Below, piece after piece: positions 30,530 to 40,483 of a stretch of 64,000 bases of DNA; positions within the stretch are counted from its first letter, which is position 1; each line of letters opens with the position of its first letter. The stretch is from an uncultured delta proteobacterium. GTDB lineage: Bacteria; Desulfobacterota; Desulfomonilia; UBA1062. Both the position numbers and the translations under genes were made by a program. Below the pieces are notes generated by a model. It made no database searches. It saw only the letters and a list, made by a program, of their open reading frames with translations, and was not told the origin of the DNA. The stretch lies in the NCBI GenBank assembly GCA_963798485.1, contig CAWCTR010000014.1, positions 443,722-507,721 of the forward strand, in the 5' to 3' direction.

Positions 30530-30997
30530 ATGGCCAAAGAGATTGAAAGAAAGTTCCTGGTGGATATGAATCAATGGAAACCGGATCATTCCGGCTCCAT
30601 GATAAAACAGGGGTTCATCCCGACTTCCGGCCATTCTGTCGTACGCATCCGCATCAGCGGAGATAAGGCATATCTGACAATCAAAGGAAAAAATACGGGG
30701 TCTGTGCGAAGCGAATTCGAATATTCCATACCTGTCTTCGATGCCGAGCAAATGCTCCAAGAGATCTGCGACAGGCCTTTCATAGAGAAGACGAGATACC
30801 TTGCGAATTACTCAAGCAGTACCTGGGAGGTAGATGTCTTTCACGGTGAGAATGAAGGTCTCACTATTGCCGAGATCGAGCTGGATTCCGTTGACCAGAA
30901 GATCGATCTTCCTCCATGGGTTTCAAAAGAGGTTACCGATGATCCCAGATATTACAATGTCAACCTCGTGAACCACCCGTTCATCCTGTGGCGGTAA
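30530..30997 (+). CDS. CYTH-domain (triphosphate tunnel) protein
   Basis: EIERKFLV, EFEYSIP, IEKTRY, WEVDVF, AEIEL, VTDDPRYYN. Confidence 0.92.
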   Translation: MAKEIERKFLVDMNQWKPDHSGSMIKQGFIPTSGHSVVRIRISGDKAYLTIKGKNTGSVRSEFEYSIPVFDAEQMLQEICDRPFIEKTRYLANYSSSTWEVDVFHGENEGLTIAEIELDSVDQKIDLPPWVSKEVTDDPRYYNVNLVNHPFILWR

Positions 30998-31003
30998 AGA
31001 TCC

Positions 31004-31849
31004 ATGGAGGGGTTCGCCTCAGGAATATATGGCTTCCTCAAAAACCGCTGGAACGAATATGGGCCGCCTGCTTACGGCACAGCTACTCAAACCCTGACAC
31101 TGCTGACATACAATGCATGGTTCATGCCGTTCGCGGATGCGGAGCGCTCTATGGCCCTGCTGGAGATCATACGCTCGGGCAATGCCGACATCATCGGCAT
31201 CCAGGAGGTAACGCCTAAGCTCCTGGGGATGATCCTGGAGCAGGACTGGGTAAGGAAGGACTACCTCGTTTCCGATTTCCAGGGCAAAACAGTCGAGCCC
31301 CACGGCGTCTTCCTTCTCTCTCGTTTCCCCGTGCGCAGACTGGCCGTTTATAACCTGCCGGGCGCCCTTGACCGCAAGGTCCTGATCGCAGAACTCATGC
31401 TCAACTCCTCTGTGACAAAGATAGCCGTCCTCCATCTCGAGAGCAGGAAGAAGAACGCCCATGTGAGGACCGAGCAGCTCACGGGCCTCTTTCCACTCCT
31501 GGAAGATGCCCCCCATGCCGTCCTCATGGGAGATTTCAACCTCGACACAGTTGGCGCCGCCGAACCCTCCCCTATCGACGGCAGGTATGAGGACGTGTGG
31601 TCAATACTCAAACCGGAAGATCCCGGCTTCACCATCGATACCGACATCAATACCATGCGGTTCGAGCAGAAGGGCGGGTCGAAGAGGGTCCGCTTCGACC
31701 GCATACTCGTGCGCAGCGGATCCCCGGGCTGGAGACCCGAAGCCATCAGGCTGCTGGGTACTGATCCCATCAGAAAGACACACCCGGTTGTCTTCCCTTC
31801 CGATCATTTCGGACTCATGGCCAGCCTGAAATGGAGCACAGCCGGCTGA
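31004..31849 (+). CDS. Endonuclease/exonuclease/phosphatase family protein (TDP2-like)
   Basis: LTYNAW, IGIQEV, HLES, MGDFN, RFDRI, PSDHFG. Confidence 0.88.
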   Translation: MEGFASGIYGFLKNRWNEYGPPAYGTATQTLTLLTYNAWFMPFADAERSMALLEIIRSGNADIIGIQEVTPKLLGMILEQDWVRKDYLVSDFQGKTVEPHGVFLLSRFPVRRLAVYNLPGALDRKVLIAELMLNSSVTKIAVLHLESRKKNAHVRTEQLTGLFPLLEDAPHAVLMGDFNLDTVGAAEPSPIDGRYEDVWSILKPEDPGFTIDTDINTMRFEQKGGSKRVRFDRILVRSGSPGWRPEAIRLLGTDPIRKTHPVVFPSDHFGLMASLKWSTAG

Positions 31850-32018
31850 TCTGCGGATGCTCCCTTCAACTTGCATTGTTCCCGTTTCATGCAATATCCC
31901 CCCTTGACTTTTATAAGGAGAGGATTAATATTAATGGTCCTGAGATAGTAATATTAAATATTTTTAGAGATTGCCAAGCATCTCTCACTAATGAGAGAAT
32001 CCCAAAGTGAGGTGTACC

Positions 32019-32333
32019 ATGAGAAACTTCGGTTCCGGGTCCAGGTATTTTATCTTCAAGTGCCAGAATCCTGATTGCAATGAAGATATTCCTGTGGCGT
32101 TACACTCTTTCGCCCCTTCCGGGAAGAGGACTTCCACAGTAACATGTCATAAAAGGGATGAAGGGACAGACGAGACTGACTCGATTAATATCACCTGTCC
32201 ATATTGCAATTCTTTAAATCATATTCTCATGCTGAACAGCCACAATGAAGTAAACAGACATGTGTTCGAAGCGGAAAATAAAGCGATGAATGCGATGCAG
32301 TTCAAACGCATTGATCTACCGGCTCAGGTTTAG
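32019..32333 (+). CDS. Small hypothetical protein with possible Zn-binding Cys pairs
   Basis: GAGGTG RBS; CQNPDC and CPYC motifs. Confidence 0.55.
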   Translation: MRNFGSGSRYFIFKCQNPDCNEDIPVALHSFAPSGKRTSTVTCHKRDEGTDETDSINITCPYCNSLNHILMLNSHNEVNRHVFEAENKAMNAMQFKRIDLPAQV

Positions 32334-32482
32334 GAATCGAGTATAGAGAAGAATTTATTTAAAAGATATTTAATTATCAGCATTCTTTATTGCCCGAACA
32401 CACTATCTCTGGAGCATGAGAATGAGTACGCCGTGATTCTCCTAAAGCAGCCCCTTATTCTCAAGCAGTCAGTTGCGGTTTT

Positions 32483-32521
32483 TTCATGAATATTTAACCA
32501 TACCCAAAAATTTCTTTAACA
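32483..32521 (+). promoter_or_regulatory. Pho-box-like array upstream of a small ORF
   Basis: TTCATG-TTAACC-(degenerate)-TTAACA at 11-bp period. Confidence 0.62.
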
Positions 32522-32619
32522 AAGTGCGGATAAATACACCTCATAAGATCAGAGTCCTTGCATCTGTGGTGAATGCACGCGGATAGCACTCGATGATCAG
32601 GTAAAGATTGGGGGTGAGT

Positions 32620-32889
32620 ATGTCATATCAGGTCTTGTATATCAAAGAGCCCCGTATACCGGGGGATCAGGCGGATGTACTGAACTATGAACCCGAATTA
32701 TTCATTACCGAGGATCTTGCACTCGAAAACGCATTCAAGGCTATGGAACGCCAAAGAAAACGTGATCACACAGAAGGATATGGAGGATCCTTCCAGATCC
32801 GGGGGCCGGATGGGTTTCTGATGAAGCATACCGCTGTAATAGAGAGATACCGGAAATGGTACTGGCTGAAAACGGGCAGATTGCCGTGA
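32620..32889 (+). CDS. Small hypothetical protein (89 aa)
   Basis: GGGGTG RBS; lies downstream of a Pho-box-like array; no family recognised. Confidence 0.6.
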   Translation: MSYQVLYIKEPRIPGDQADVLNYEPELFITEDLALENAFKAMERQRKRDHTEGYGGSFQIRGPDGFLMKHTAVIERYRKWYWLKTGRLP

Positions 32890-32909
32890 ATCAGGACATG
32901 GAGAGATTC

Positions 32910-34508
32910 TCATCCTGTACGGATGATCTCAAGCTTTTTCCCAAAGATTCTCCTGAAGAAATCCCTGTGATTTTGTACGCCCCAGAGCTCGAGCTGGCAA
33001 TTTTTTGAAGATGCGATTTCGAGGGCCACGGTTTTATCTGAGTCTGTGCTGCTGAACTGGGCGTCCTCCACAAGGCCGCCGTGGCTTCGGTCAAGGCTTT
33101 CGGCCAGGCGCAGGAAGACCGACTGTATCCTGATTACATCCTGATCCGGTTTGTCGAGGTCCTTCAGTTGGGGGTGCTTCCTGCCGGGAAAGGCTTTCCG
33201 ATGAAAAAAGACCATCCCGGCCATGAGGGCCAGCTCATCCTGGTTGAAGCCCAAGAGATCCGCGTTGCGGATCAGGTAGGCGCTGTTGCCCTGGTGATTA
33301 TGGTAGGAAATGAATGTGCCGATGTCGTGGAGCTGGGCGGCATAGTAAAGGAGCTCGCGCTTGACCAGGCCCTGCTTGTGCAAATCGAGCTCCCGGGCAC
33401 TGTCGAAGAGCGAAAGGGAGAGCCGTGCCACGGTGCCCGCATGCTGTTCGTCGAAACTGCATCTGCGGCCGAGCTTGAGGACACTCCTCTGCCTTACCGA
33501 TAGCTCGTCCATGAGGGGATGCTCGATGCGGGAGAGATAGTTCACAAGCAGTCCGTCCCTCAGCTCCCTGTCGCTGACCGTGATCTCACTTAATTTCAGC
33601 TCGGAGAGGATCGTGTCGAGAATTACCGCTCCTCCGATGATGATATCGGCCCTTTTGGGGTTCATGCCCGGCACATTCTGCCGTTCCTTCACGGAAAGCG
33701 AGCATAAGAGCTCGATGACCTGCTTGAGGTCCTTCAGCCGCATGGTTTTTCTCTTCTCCGGGTCGCCGCCATGGATGACCTGGCAGCAGACCTCGGCAAG
33801 GCTCTGGATCGTGCCCGAACTGCCGAATGCCTTTTCCGCATTGAACTTGCGCAGGCCCTGAAAGGTGCGGATATACTTGTTGCGTACGAACTCCTGTAGC
33901 TCCTGGTAGCGCTTACCCGAAATCGGGCCATCAATACCGTCCAATTGGAGCATGGTCAGCCGGATGGCGCCGAGCTTGAGGCTGTCGAGGAATTGGTATC
34001 CCTTCTCGTCCCCTATGACAAGCTCTGTGCTACCGCCGCCGATATCGATGAACAGGGCGTTTCCGGAGAGGTTGATCCCGCTGGCAACGCCGAGATATAT
34101 GAGCCGTGCCTCCTCCTTGCCGGATATCACGTGGACATCGACTCCCGATTCCCGCTTGAGCCGGTGAAGGAATTCGCTCTGATTCCTGGCATCACGGGCG
34201 GCTGAAGTGGCCACGACAATGATCTTGTCCGCCTTGAAGGACCGTGCCATGACCTCGAAGTTCCGGCATACGGCAACCGCCCTGTCCATGGCCTCCTGTT
34301 TGAGGATGTTGTCGGTGAATTCGCCTGCCCCCAGGCGTATCATCTCCTTCTGTCGGGAGATGACGGTATATGAGTGGTTCGGGCTGATGCGCACGATCAT
34401 AATGCGCACGGAGTTGGTACCCATGTCCATGAAGGCAACAACACTGTCGCTGCCGGCTGAATCGCGGCCTTCTTTCAGGGTTGCCTTTTCACCTGCCATG
34501 TCCTTCAA
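32910..34508 (-). CDS. ppx: Ppx/GppA exopolyphosphatase
   Basis: DMGTNSVR, ATSAARDA, GKEEARL, DIGGGSTE, C-terminal HD-like LHDIG. Confidence 0.93.
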   Translation of the reverse strand: MKDMAGEKATLKEGRDSAGSDSVVAFMDMGTNSVRIMIVRISPNHSYTVISRQKEMIRLGAGEFTDNILKQEAMDRAVAVCRNFEVMARSFKADKIIVVATSAARDARNQSEFLHRLKRESGVDVHVISGKEEARLIYLGVASGINLSGNALFIDIGGGSTELVIGDEKGYQFLDSLKLGAIRLTMLQLDGIDGPISGKRYQELQEFVRNKYIRTFQGLRKFNAEKAFGSSGTIQSLAEVCCQVIHGGDPEKRKTMRLKDLKQVIELLCSLSVKERQNVPGMNPKRADIIIGGAVILDTILSELKLSEITVSDRELRDGLLVNYLSRIEHPLMDELSVRQRSVLKLGRRCSFDEQHAGTVARLSLSLFDSARELDLHKQGLVKRELLYYAAQLHDIGTFISYHNHQGNSAYLIRNADLLGFNQDELALMAGMVFFHRKAFPGRKHPQLKDLDKPDQDVIRIQSVFLRLAESLDRSHGGLVEDAQFSSTDSDKTVALEIASSKNCQLELWGVQNHRDFFRRIFGKKLEIIRTG

Positions 34509-35842
34509 TTCCCGATTTCAACCCTGCGGCCGAACGTAACCTGCATGAGATCGCTCTTGATGAGGCCGAAGGCAATCTCCTCTTCGGCAGGACCCGATGT
34601 GCTGCATGTTATCCTGATGGAATCCGGCAGCACTGCGCAGCCGACATCCTGAACCGCATTCCGGTGTGTCCGATCGAGCCCGTCAGCTACCCGGAGCAGG
34701 GCTGAGAGCTTCATGACAATATCCCGGCACGGTTCGGATAATGCCGCGAACCGGTCGTGTTTCATGGAAGGCACGGCCTTGCGGTGGTATCGGGCAATCA
34801 ATGCAATCATTATGATCTCACCCGGGCTGAACTTGGAGAGTCCATGTTCGATGATGATATCCATGGAGTGTTTGTGATGGCCTTTTACATCCGTCGTAAT
34901 GCCGATGTCATGGAGAAGCGCTGCACATTCGAGCATGATGCGCTCATGTTGTGAAAGGCCGTGTATCTCCCCAAGGCAGTCGAAGAGCTTCAGCGCCAGT
35001 GATGCGGTCTGGATCGCGTGGCCCTCCTCAAAGGAGTAGGATCTTCCGAGATCCAGGGCCTCCTGGACGCATAAAGACCTGTCCGGCAATGCACCCGTGG
35101 GCGTATCCTCGGCAACGACATCCCTGTAGCCCCTCCCCGTAAGGACCATCCTTGCGTACACATCCGGCAGTCCTTTTTCACGGATTGAGGAGGCTGCCTG
35201 GTGAATGTCATAGGGGATCCGGTAGTGGCTGACCTGCATGGAGCGTTTCGTGAGGGTAAGGACGGCATATGATGCCCGCGGATCTCCGTCTGTCTGCAGG
35301 CCGATGCTCCCGGGGTTTATGAAGGAGATTCCTCCTGCTTCTCTGACAAAAGGGCTGTGGGAGTGCCCGCATACAACAATATCCGCGCTCGCCTGTTCGG
35401 CAAGGCTTTTAAGCCGTGATGCCGGTGTGCCTGGCCCAATGTGCTCGTCCCCGGATTCGGGGCTGCCATGGACCAAGAGGATCTCCCATCCAAGCCGCAG
35501 GCATCTCATTTCATCGGGCAGCCCTATGATATAGGAGATGTTTTCCTCGGAGAGCATCTCGAAGGTGTATCTCCACATGGAGAACTTATCGAATGATTTC
35601 CCTTTTTCCCACATTTGTTTCTTGTCAGGGAACTTCAGTATCTTCCGGTCGTAGTTCCCGGCTATACTGAGGATATCGTTGCTCCTGAGGAGAGAAACGG
35701 CTTCATCCGGGAAGGCGCAGAAACCCAAGGCATCCCCCAGGTCCCAAATCTCGTCGATATCTCCTTGTGCCCTGATGTCATCCATGACTGCGATAAGGGC
35801 GGTCAGGTTGGCATGGATGTCTCCGATGAGCACGATCTTCAT
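34505..35842 (-). CDS. YfcE-like metallophosphoesterase fused to a Ppx-type HD domain
   Basis: GDIHAN, LGD, GNYD, HGSP, GHSH, NPGSIG; then AALLHDIG, IARYHRK, LRVADGLD. Confidence 0.88.
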   Translation of the reverse strand: MKIVLIGDIHANLTALIAVMDDIRAQGDIDEIWDLGDALGFCAFPDEAVSLLRSNDILSIAGNYDRKILKFPDKKQMWEKGKSFDKFSMWRYTFEMLSEENISYIIGLPDEMRCLRLGWEILLVHGSPESGDEHIGPGTPASRLKSLAEQASADIVVCGHSHSPFVREAGGISFINPGSIGLQTDGDPRASYAVLTLTKRSMQVSHYRIPYDIHQAASSIREKGLPDVYARMVLTGRGYRDVVAEDTPTGALPDRSLCVQEALDLGRSYSFEEGHAIQTASLALKLFDCLGEIHGLSQHERIMLECAALLHDIGITTDVKGHHKHSMDIIIEHGLSKFSPGEIIMIALIARYHRKAVPSMKHDRFAALSEPCRDIVMKLSALLRVADGLDRTHRNAVQDVGCAVLPDSIRITCSTSGPAEEEIAFGLIKSDLMQVTFGRRVEIGN

Positions 35843-36849
35843 GGTTGTGTATTACGCTCTGAAACCGGCTGCTCCTCTTTCCCGGCGAGTCTGGTGAGCA
35901 TGGCAAGGAGTGCCGGCCAGGAGGCCGTGTTTTGTTCCCAGTATTCGACGAATTCCCGGTAGCGTTTCTCCCTGAATGCGCGGCGGTCAGCCAGGAGAGA
36001 CTCGATCCCTCGCTTCAGTCTCCCCACGGAGCGCGTATGCCCGATGTATTCGAGGGCCAGCTCACGCTCTTCGGTAAGGAACTCCGGGAGGAATTCGAGC
36101 CATACGTCGCAGTCGTGGATATCGCCGAGCATTTCCTGAATGTTTTTTACGATCTTTATGTACTTGGCAAGCTTCTTCTCATAGGCAGGCTCGAAGGCCT
36201 CCAGGCTGTAGCGTAAGTGCTTTGAGGCGATACGCATTGCATGGAGCTCGGAAATGCGTGCTGGGTCGTGGATGTAGATGGTATACCCGAGAACCTCGGA
36301 TAGTCTCCCGGATATCTCTTCACATGCCGCCCTGAAGATATACTCCTGAGATCCCGCGTCTTTCTCGAGGATGAACGGAGAGAGCATAATCCTTAAGATA
36401 CCTTCCATATCATGAATTACCCCGGAGTGCGCCAGACGGTTCATGGTCCGGACGACCTTTTTCTGGAGGCGACTGCGCTTCTGTCTGAGCCGTAGCAGCA
36501 GTCGGTTTATCCCGAGGGTGTCCCGGCTGGACAGGGTCTTAAGAAAGGATTCCACGAGGATGATCTGGACATCGACATCGCGCGCAGCCCCCAATGCCTT
36601 CGTAACAGTGCGGAAATTATTGTTCCATTCCCTGCCCTTCTTATCGGGCAGGCATGATCCGAAAAGTGCAAGCCTTGTCCTTATCCTGCGGGAAGCGACA
36701 CGCATACGGTGGACGTATTCGGGATCGGCTGCCTCAATCACCCCTTCGATCTCCCGGGTCAGTAACAAGAGCTGATCGTGCAGCGACTGCACGCCGAACC
36801 TCATGAAGGCCCGGTCCGGACACATATTGTCATGCGCTATGCTATCCAT
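35839..36849 (-). CDS. CHAD-domain polyphosphate-binding protein
   Basis: VHRMRVASRR, LGAARDVDV, LHAMRIASKHLRY, QEMLGDIHDCDV. Confidence 0.92.
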   Translation of the reverse strand: MDSIAHDNMCPDRAFMRFGVQSLHDQLLLLTREIEGVIEAADPEYVHRMRVASRRIRTRLALFGSCLPDKKGREWNNNFRTVTKALGAARDVDVQIILVESFLKTLSSRDTLGINRLLLRLRQKRSRLQKKVVRTMNRLAHSGVIHDMEGILRIMLSPFILEKDAGSQEYIFRAACEEISGRLSEVLGYTIYIHDPARISELHAMRIASKHLRYSLEAFEPAYEKKLAKYIKIVKNIQEMLGDIHDCDVWLEFLPEFLTEERELALEYIGHTRSVGRLKRGIESLLADRRAFREKRYREFVEYWEQNTASWPALLAMLTRLAGKEEQPVSERNTQP

Positions 36850-38975
36850 GTTCCGCGCGTATCTAAGAGCAGGGTCTGCGAGTTGACCGGTTCATCGCCT
36901 TCTTTCGGGGCGATCCTCTCGTAGCTGCCGTCAGGTTTGAGCATCCTGGACTGCATGTTGTCCTTCAGGTGTATTGAGAGAAAATTATTCTTTACGATAT
37001 CCTTGAGCCTGGCGTCCGCTACCGGGAAGAGGACCTCGATCCTGCGGTCGAGGTTACGGGGCATCATATCGGCGCTGCCGATGAATACCTCGTCATCCCC
37101 GCCGTTTCTAAAATAGAAGATGCGTGTATGTTCAAGGAATCGCCCCACGATGGATGTCACCGTGATATTCTCGCTGATGCCAGGCAGGCCCGGTTTCAGA
37201 CAGCAGATCCCGCGTACCTGGAGATCCACCCTGACTCCGGCCTGTGACGCACGGTAGAGCGACTGGATGATCTTCTTGTCCACGAGGGCATTCATCTTGA
37301 AGGCGATATAACCATCCCCATCTTTACGCTGTCGATCTATCTCCCGTTCGATGCGCTTCGTGATCTCGGCGCGCATCGTTGCCGGTGCAACCAGGAGCGA
37401 CCGGTATTCTTCCTTGGCCGAGTATCCGGTCAGCGTATTGAAAAGGTCCGATACATCCGCACCGATTACCGGGTCGCAGGTGAAGTAGCCGATATCCGCA
37501 TAGATGCGGCTCGTGACGATATTGTAATTGCCGGTGCTCATGTGTACGTACCGCACGAGCCCGTCCGCCTCCCGCCTGACCACCAGGCACAGCTTGGAAT
37601 GGACCTTCATCCCCATGACCCCGTATACCACATGAACGCCATCCTGTTCCAGCTCCCGTGCCCAGTTGATGTTCGTCTCCTCGTCAAACCGTGCCTTAAG
37701 TTCCAGGAGCACGGCGACCTGCTTCCCTTCGCTGCGCGCCTCCATGAGGGCTTCGAAAAGGGGGCGGTTGTTACCGGTCCGGTACAGGGTCTGCTTGATT
37801 GCGAGGACATCGGGGTCTTTGGCAGCCTGGCGGATGAATTCGATGACCGGATTGAAGCTGTCATAGGGATGGTAAAGCAGGATACTGTTTCTCCGGATCA
37901 CTGAAAAGATGTTCTCCTGGTGGGAGATCAGCTTCGGAACCCCGGGCAGATAAATGCGGTCCTTGAGGTCGGGCCTGTCGGTCTTGGTGAGCTGCATGAG
38001 ATCCGCCATGCCGATCATGCCCTTGACCGTGTATACCTGGAACGTTTCGATCTCAAGGTTGCGGATAATGATATCCCTGATCCTCTCGGGCATGGTATCA
38101 TCGATTTCGAGGCGCACGGTGCTGCCGAAAAATCTCTCCTCAATTTTTTCCTCAACCATTGTGAGCAGGTCTTCCGCCTCATCCTCTTCGATCTCGATAT
38201 CGGCATCCCGGGTTATGCGGAAGGGATATGCAGAGATGATTTTCAAACCCGGGAAAAGCATGTCGAGGTTGGCGATAATGACCTCTTCGAGGAGGACCAG
38301 TGTATATGCACGTTGCCTTACAATACCTAATGAATCTAGTTCTGTGGTGTCTTTCTCGGGTACCTGGATAAAACGCGGAAAGGTATCGGGCACCTTGAGA
38401 CGGGCAAATCTTTCTTCTTTCCGTCCGAATTTCACCACCACGGCAAGGTTGAGACTCAGGTTGGATATGTGAGGGAACGGGTGGGCAGGATCAAAGGCAA
38501 GAGGCGTCAGCACCGGGAATAATTCCCTTTCGAAAAGTTTGCGGAGGAGTTTTTTCTGATCAGTTCCGAGATCGTTGTAGCTCACTATCCTGATGTCCGC
38601 TTCTGAGAGTCTGGGAAAGATATCTGCATACCAGCATCCGGTTTGCTTTTCATAGAACTCGATCAGACAGCGGCGGATCTCCTGAAGCTGCTCGGCAGGG
38701 GTCATGCCATCGATGGATTTTTCCTGGATACCTGATACCAGCTGTCTGCGCAGCCCGGATACCCTGACCATGAAAAATTCGTCGAGGTTGCTTGCCGTGA
38801 TGGAGAGAAACTTTGCCCTCTCCAGGAGGGGGTGACGTGTATCAAGCGCCTCCTCAAGGACGCGCCAGTTGAACCTGATCCAGGAAAGCTCGCGATTGAA
38901 ATAAAGGGATGGATCACTGAGATCGAGATCATTGGCAGGTGATGCTTGGTTTTCCAATTGTTTCAAGGGTTCCAT
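36837..38975 (-). CDS. ppk1: Polyphosphate kinase 1
   Basis: NRELSW, NLDEFFMVRV, ELKARFDEE, KVHSK, SIVGRFLEH, GSADMMPRNLDRR; start ATG 38975 with GAGGTG RBS. Confidence 0.97.
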   Translation of the reverse strand: MEPLKQLENQASPANDLDLSDPSLYFNRELSWIRFNWRVLEEALDTRHPLLERAKFLSITASNLDEFFMVRVSGLRRQLVSGIQEKSIDGMTPAEQLQEIRRCLIEFYEKQTGCWYADIFPRLSEADIRIVSYNDLGTDQKKLLRKLFERELFPVLTPLAFDPAHPFPHISNLSLNLAVVVKFGRKEERFARLKVPDTFPRFIQVPEKDTTELDSLGIVRQRAYTLVLLEEVIIANLDMLFPGLKIISAYPFRITRDADIEIEEDEAEDLLTMVEEKIEERFFGSTVRLEIDDTMPERIRDIIIRNLEIETFQVYTVKGMIGMADLMQLTKTDRPDLKDRIYLPGVPKLISHQENIFSVIRRNSILLYHPYDSFNPVIEFIRQAAKDPDVLAIKQTLYRTGNNRPLFEALMEARSEGKQVAVLLELKARFDEETNINWARELEQDGVHVVYGVMGMKVHSKLCLVVRREADGLVRYVHMSTGNYNIVTSRIYADIGYFTCDPVIGADVSDLFNTLTGYSAKEEYRSLLVAPATMRAEITKRIEREIDRQRKDGDGYIAFKMNALVDKKIIQSLYRASQAGVRVDLQVRGICCLKPGLPGISENITVTSIVGRFLEHTRIFYFRNGGDDEVFIGSADMMPRNLDRRIEVLFPVADARLKDIVKNNFLSIHLKDNMQSRMLKPDGSYERIAPKEGDEPVNSQTLLLDTRGTWIA

Positions 38976-39024
38976 CGCTAAGTCACCTCTCAATGATTAT
39001 CTGAAAGGAATTCTACCCATTAAA

Positions 39025-39063
39025 TGTTAAGAAAGAGTGAAGATCCCATGAATATCTCAGGAA
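39025..39063 (-). promoter_or_regulatory. Pho-box-like array upstream of the ppk1 operon
   Basis: TTCCTG-TTCATG-TTCACT-TTAACA at 11-bp period, then TAGAAT (39015-39010). Confidence 0.75.
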
Positions 39064-39247
39064 GAGGATGGGGATCAGCTTAAAAAATATCTTGAAGGAA
39101 TTAACCGTTTGTTAATCAAAAATTAACAAATGAGTATTATTGTTATTCTTTGTGATTATTATGGGCAGGAATTTTAGATAAATCTCGGGTAAGGCAAATC
39201 TCTTTAAGCTATCTTGAATGAGAGAGAAAGGACGATGGTGACTGAAA

Positions 39248-39427
39248 ATGCCGTATAGGGTAATGTATACCACCAATGTCGACCAAAATTTATTGAAACG
39301 AATATACCAACTATCCGATAAAATTAAAGTCAGGCCCAATGTTATTCTGGAGCAGGCGATAAACGAGTATCTGGAAAAACATGAGCTGATCGTACAAAGT
39401 GACTCTTTAAAACAAAGAATTCAGTGA
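39248..39427 (+). CDS. Small ribbon-helix-helix DNA-binding protein (59 aa)
   Basis: Below the ORF-track cutoff; manual translation MPYRVMYTTNVDQNLLKRIYQLSDKIKVRPNVILEQAINEYLEKHE... has a strand-helix-helix RHH pattern. Confidence 0.65.
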   Translation: MPYRVMYTTNVDQNLLKRIYQLSDKIKVRPNVILEQAINEYLEKHELIVQSDSLKQRIQ

Positions 39428-39531
39428 TCAGGGAAGAAGTATTATTCAAATAAAGACTCCCCAGAAGGTAATAAGTGCAGGGTCTTTCCATGACCCGCTA
39501 GAGCTGTTGCTGATTTCACCATTATTCCAGT

Positions 39532-40263
39532 TCATATGGTAGGAAGAGTGGTCTTTCTTCTCAAACCCAACAACCCGAGCAGACCAGTACCTAAGAGCAG
39601 AAAGGCTGCGGGGACGGGGGTCGGGGTGAGCGACTCTATATCCTGCAGATGGCCTGATGTGTCTGTCGTGTAAATCTTGATTACATTGTATCTTGATGCA
39701 TACGAACTCAAATCCCCAAGAGGTATCTGGCTTTCAAAGAACTCCTTCATGGTAAAGAGATATTCATAACCGGCATAGGTAGTGCTATCGTAGGTGACCG
39801 GTTGCCCTATCTGGTCCCAGACAGCGAGCTGCAGGGCAACGCCGGTAGCCAACGAGTCCCTTCCCGGATAGGTGTACGGTTTAGAAGCAGCATAATGGTC
39901 GATAAGCCATGCCGCCCTGAGGAGACCGCTGTCATCACCTGTTATTGCAGAGGTTTCTGCATGATAAGATCCGGGAATCGGCAATGAGGCGGTCCTATTC
40001 ACACAATAGCCGTAATACGTAGGGGAACCCGGTCCGCTGCCGAAATTGTAGTAGATCTCACCTGTCAAAAATTTAGAATAATCGATGTTCTGGAAATCAG
40101 ACAGGTAGATGCTTCCACTGTAGGCTGACGCCGTCATCGGCGACATCAGAATTGAAAAACTCAGCACCACGCCATAAAAAAATACCCTGTTTATCATCAA
40201 TGCCTTTATTCTAGATTTACCTGTTGAAATCAGAGATGAATGAATCCCGGGCACCCTTTCCAT
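39532..40263 (-). CDS. PEP-CTERM-type (PVPAA) surface protein
   Basis: Signal peptide ASA-Y; YGYCV..RAAWL..ALQLAVW body; C-terminal TPVPAAFLLLGTGLLGLLGLRRK; start at 40263 (GAGGAGG RBS) or 40197. Confidence 0.85.
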   Translation of the reverse strand: MERVPGIHSSLISTGKSRIKALMINRVFFYGVVLSFSILMSPMTASAYSGSIYLSDFQNIDYSKFLTGEIYYNFGSGPGSPTYYGYCVNRTASLPIPGSYHAETSAITGDDSGLLRAAWLIDHYAASKPYTYPGRDSLATGVALQLAVWDQIGQPVTYDSTTYAGYEYLFTMKEFFESQIPLGDLSSYASRYNVIKIYTTDTSGHLQDIESLTPTPVPAAFLLLGTGLLGLLGLRRKTTLPTI

Positions 40264-40348
40264 AGCTTCCTCCTCACAAGAGTTTTTACCATTCCTCATG
40301 CTACGGGATAGGTTTCATCCGTGTTGCACACTGAGCCTTATGTCTTGT

Positions 40349-40419
40349 GAGGGCTTCCTGGTTCTGTTAAATGCCGTTTTTTCTGGGAAGGTTCCCTTTG
40401 AAAGCCAGCAAAGTACCCT
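40349..40419 (-). ncRNA. Candidate structured 5' leader motif, copy 2
   Basis: Same AGGGUACUUUGCUG and CAGGAAGCCCUC blocks as 20371-20515, with a shorter, different interior. Confidence 0.55.
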
Positions 40420-40444
40420 ATAAGCGCACTGTCTAACATAGAGA

Positions 40445-40483
40445 TGTTAATATTTCATGAACGGGCTGTTAATTCTTAATGAA
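40445..40483 (-). promoter_or_regulatory. Pho-box-like array upstream of the second PEP-CTERM gene
   Basis: TTCATT-TTAACA-TTCATG-TTAACA at 11-bp period. Confidence 0.78.

Noticed and set aside
31982-31993. 12-mer CTCTCACTAATG shared with the candidate sRNA
   Set aside because: Same sense as the sRNA and part of a local hairpin; a single short match could be chance.
39188-39240. Possible c-di-GMP-I (GEMM) riboswitch before the RHH gene (GGCAAA...GGACG)
   Set aside because: Lacks the GNRA-capped stem, the GCAAAG linker and the second hairpin.
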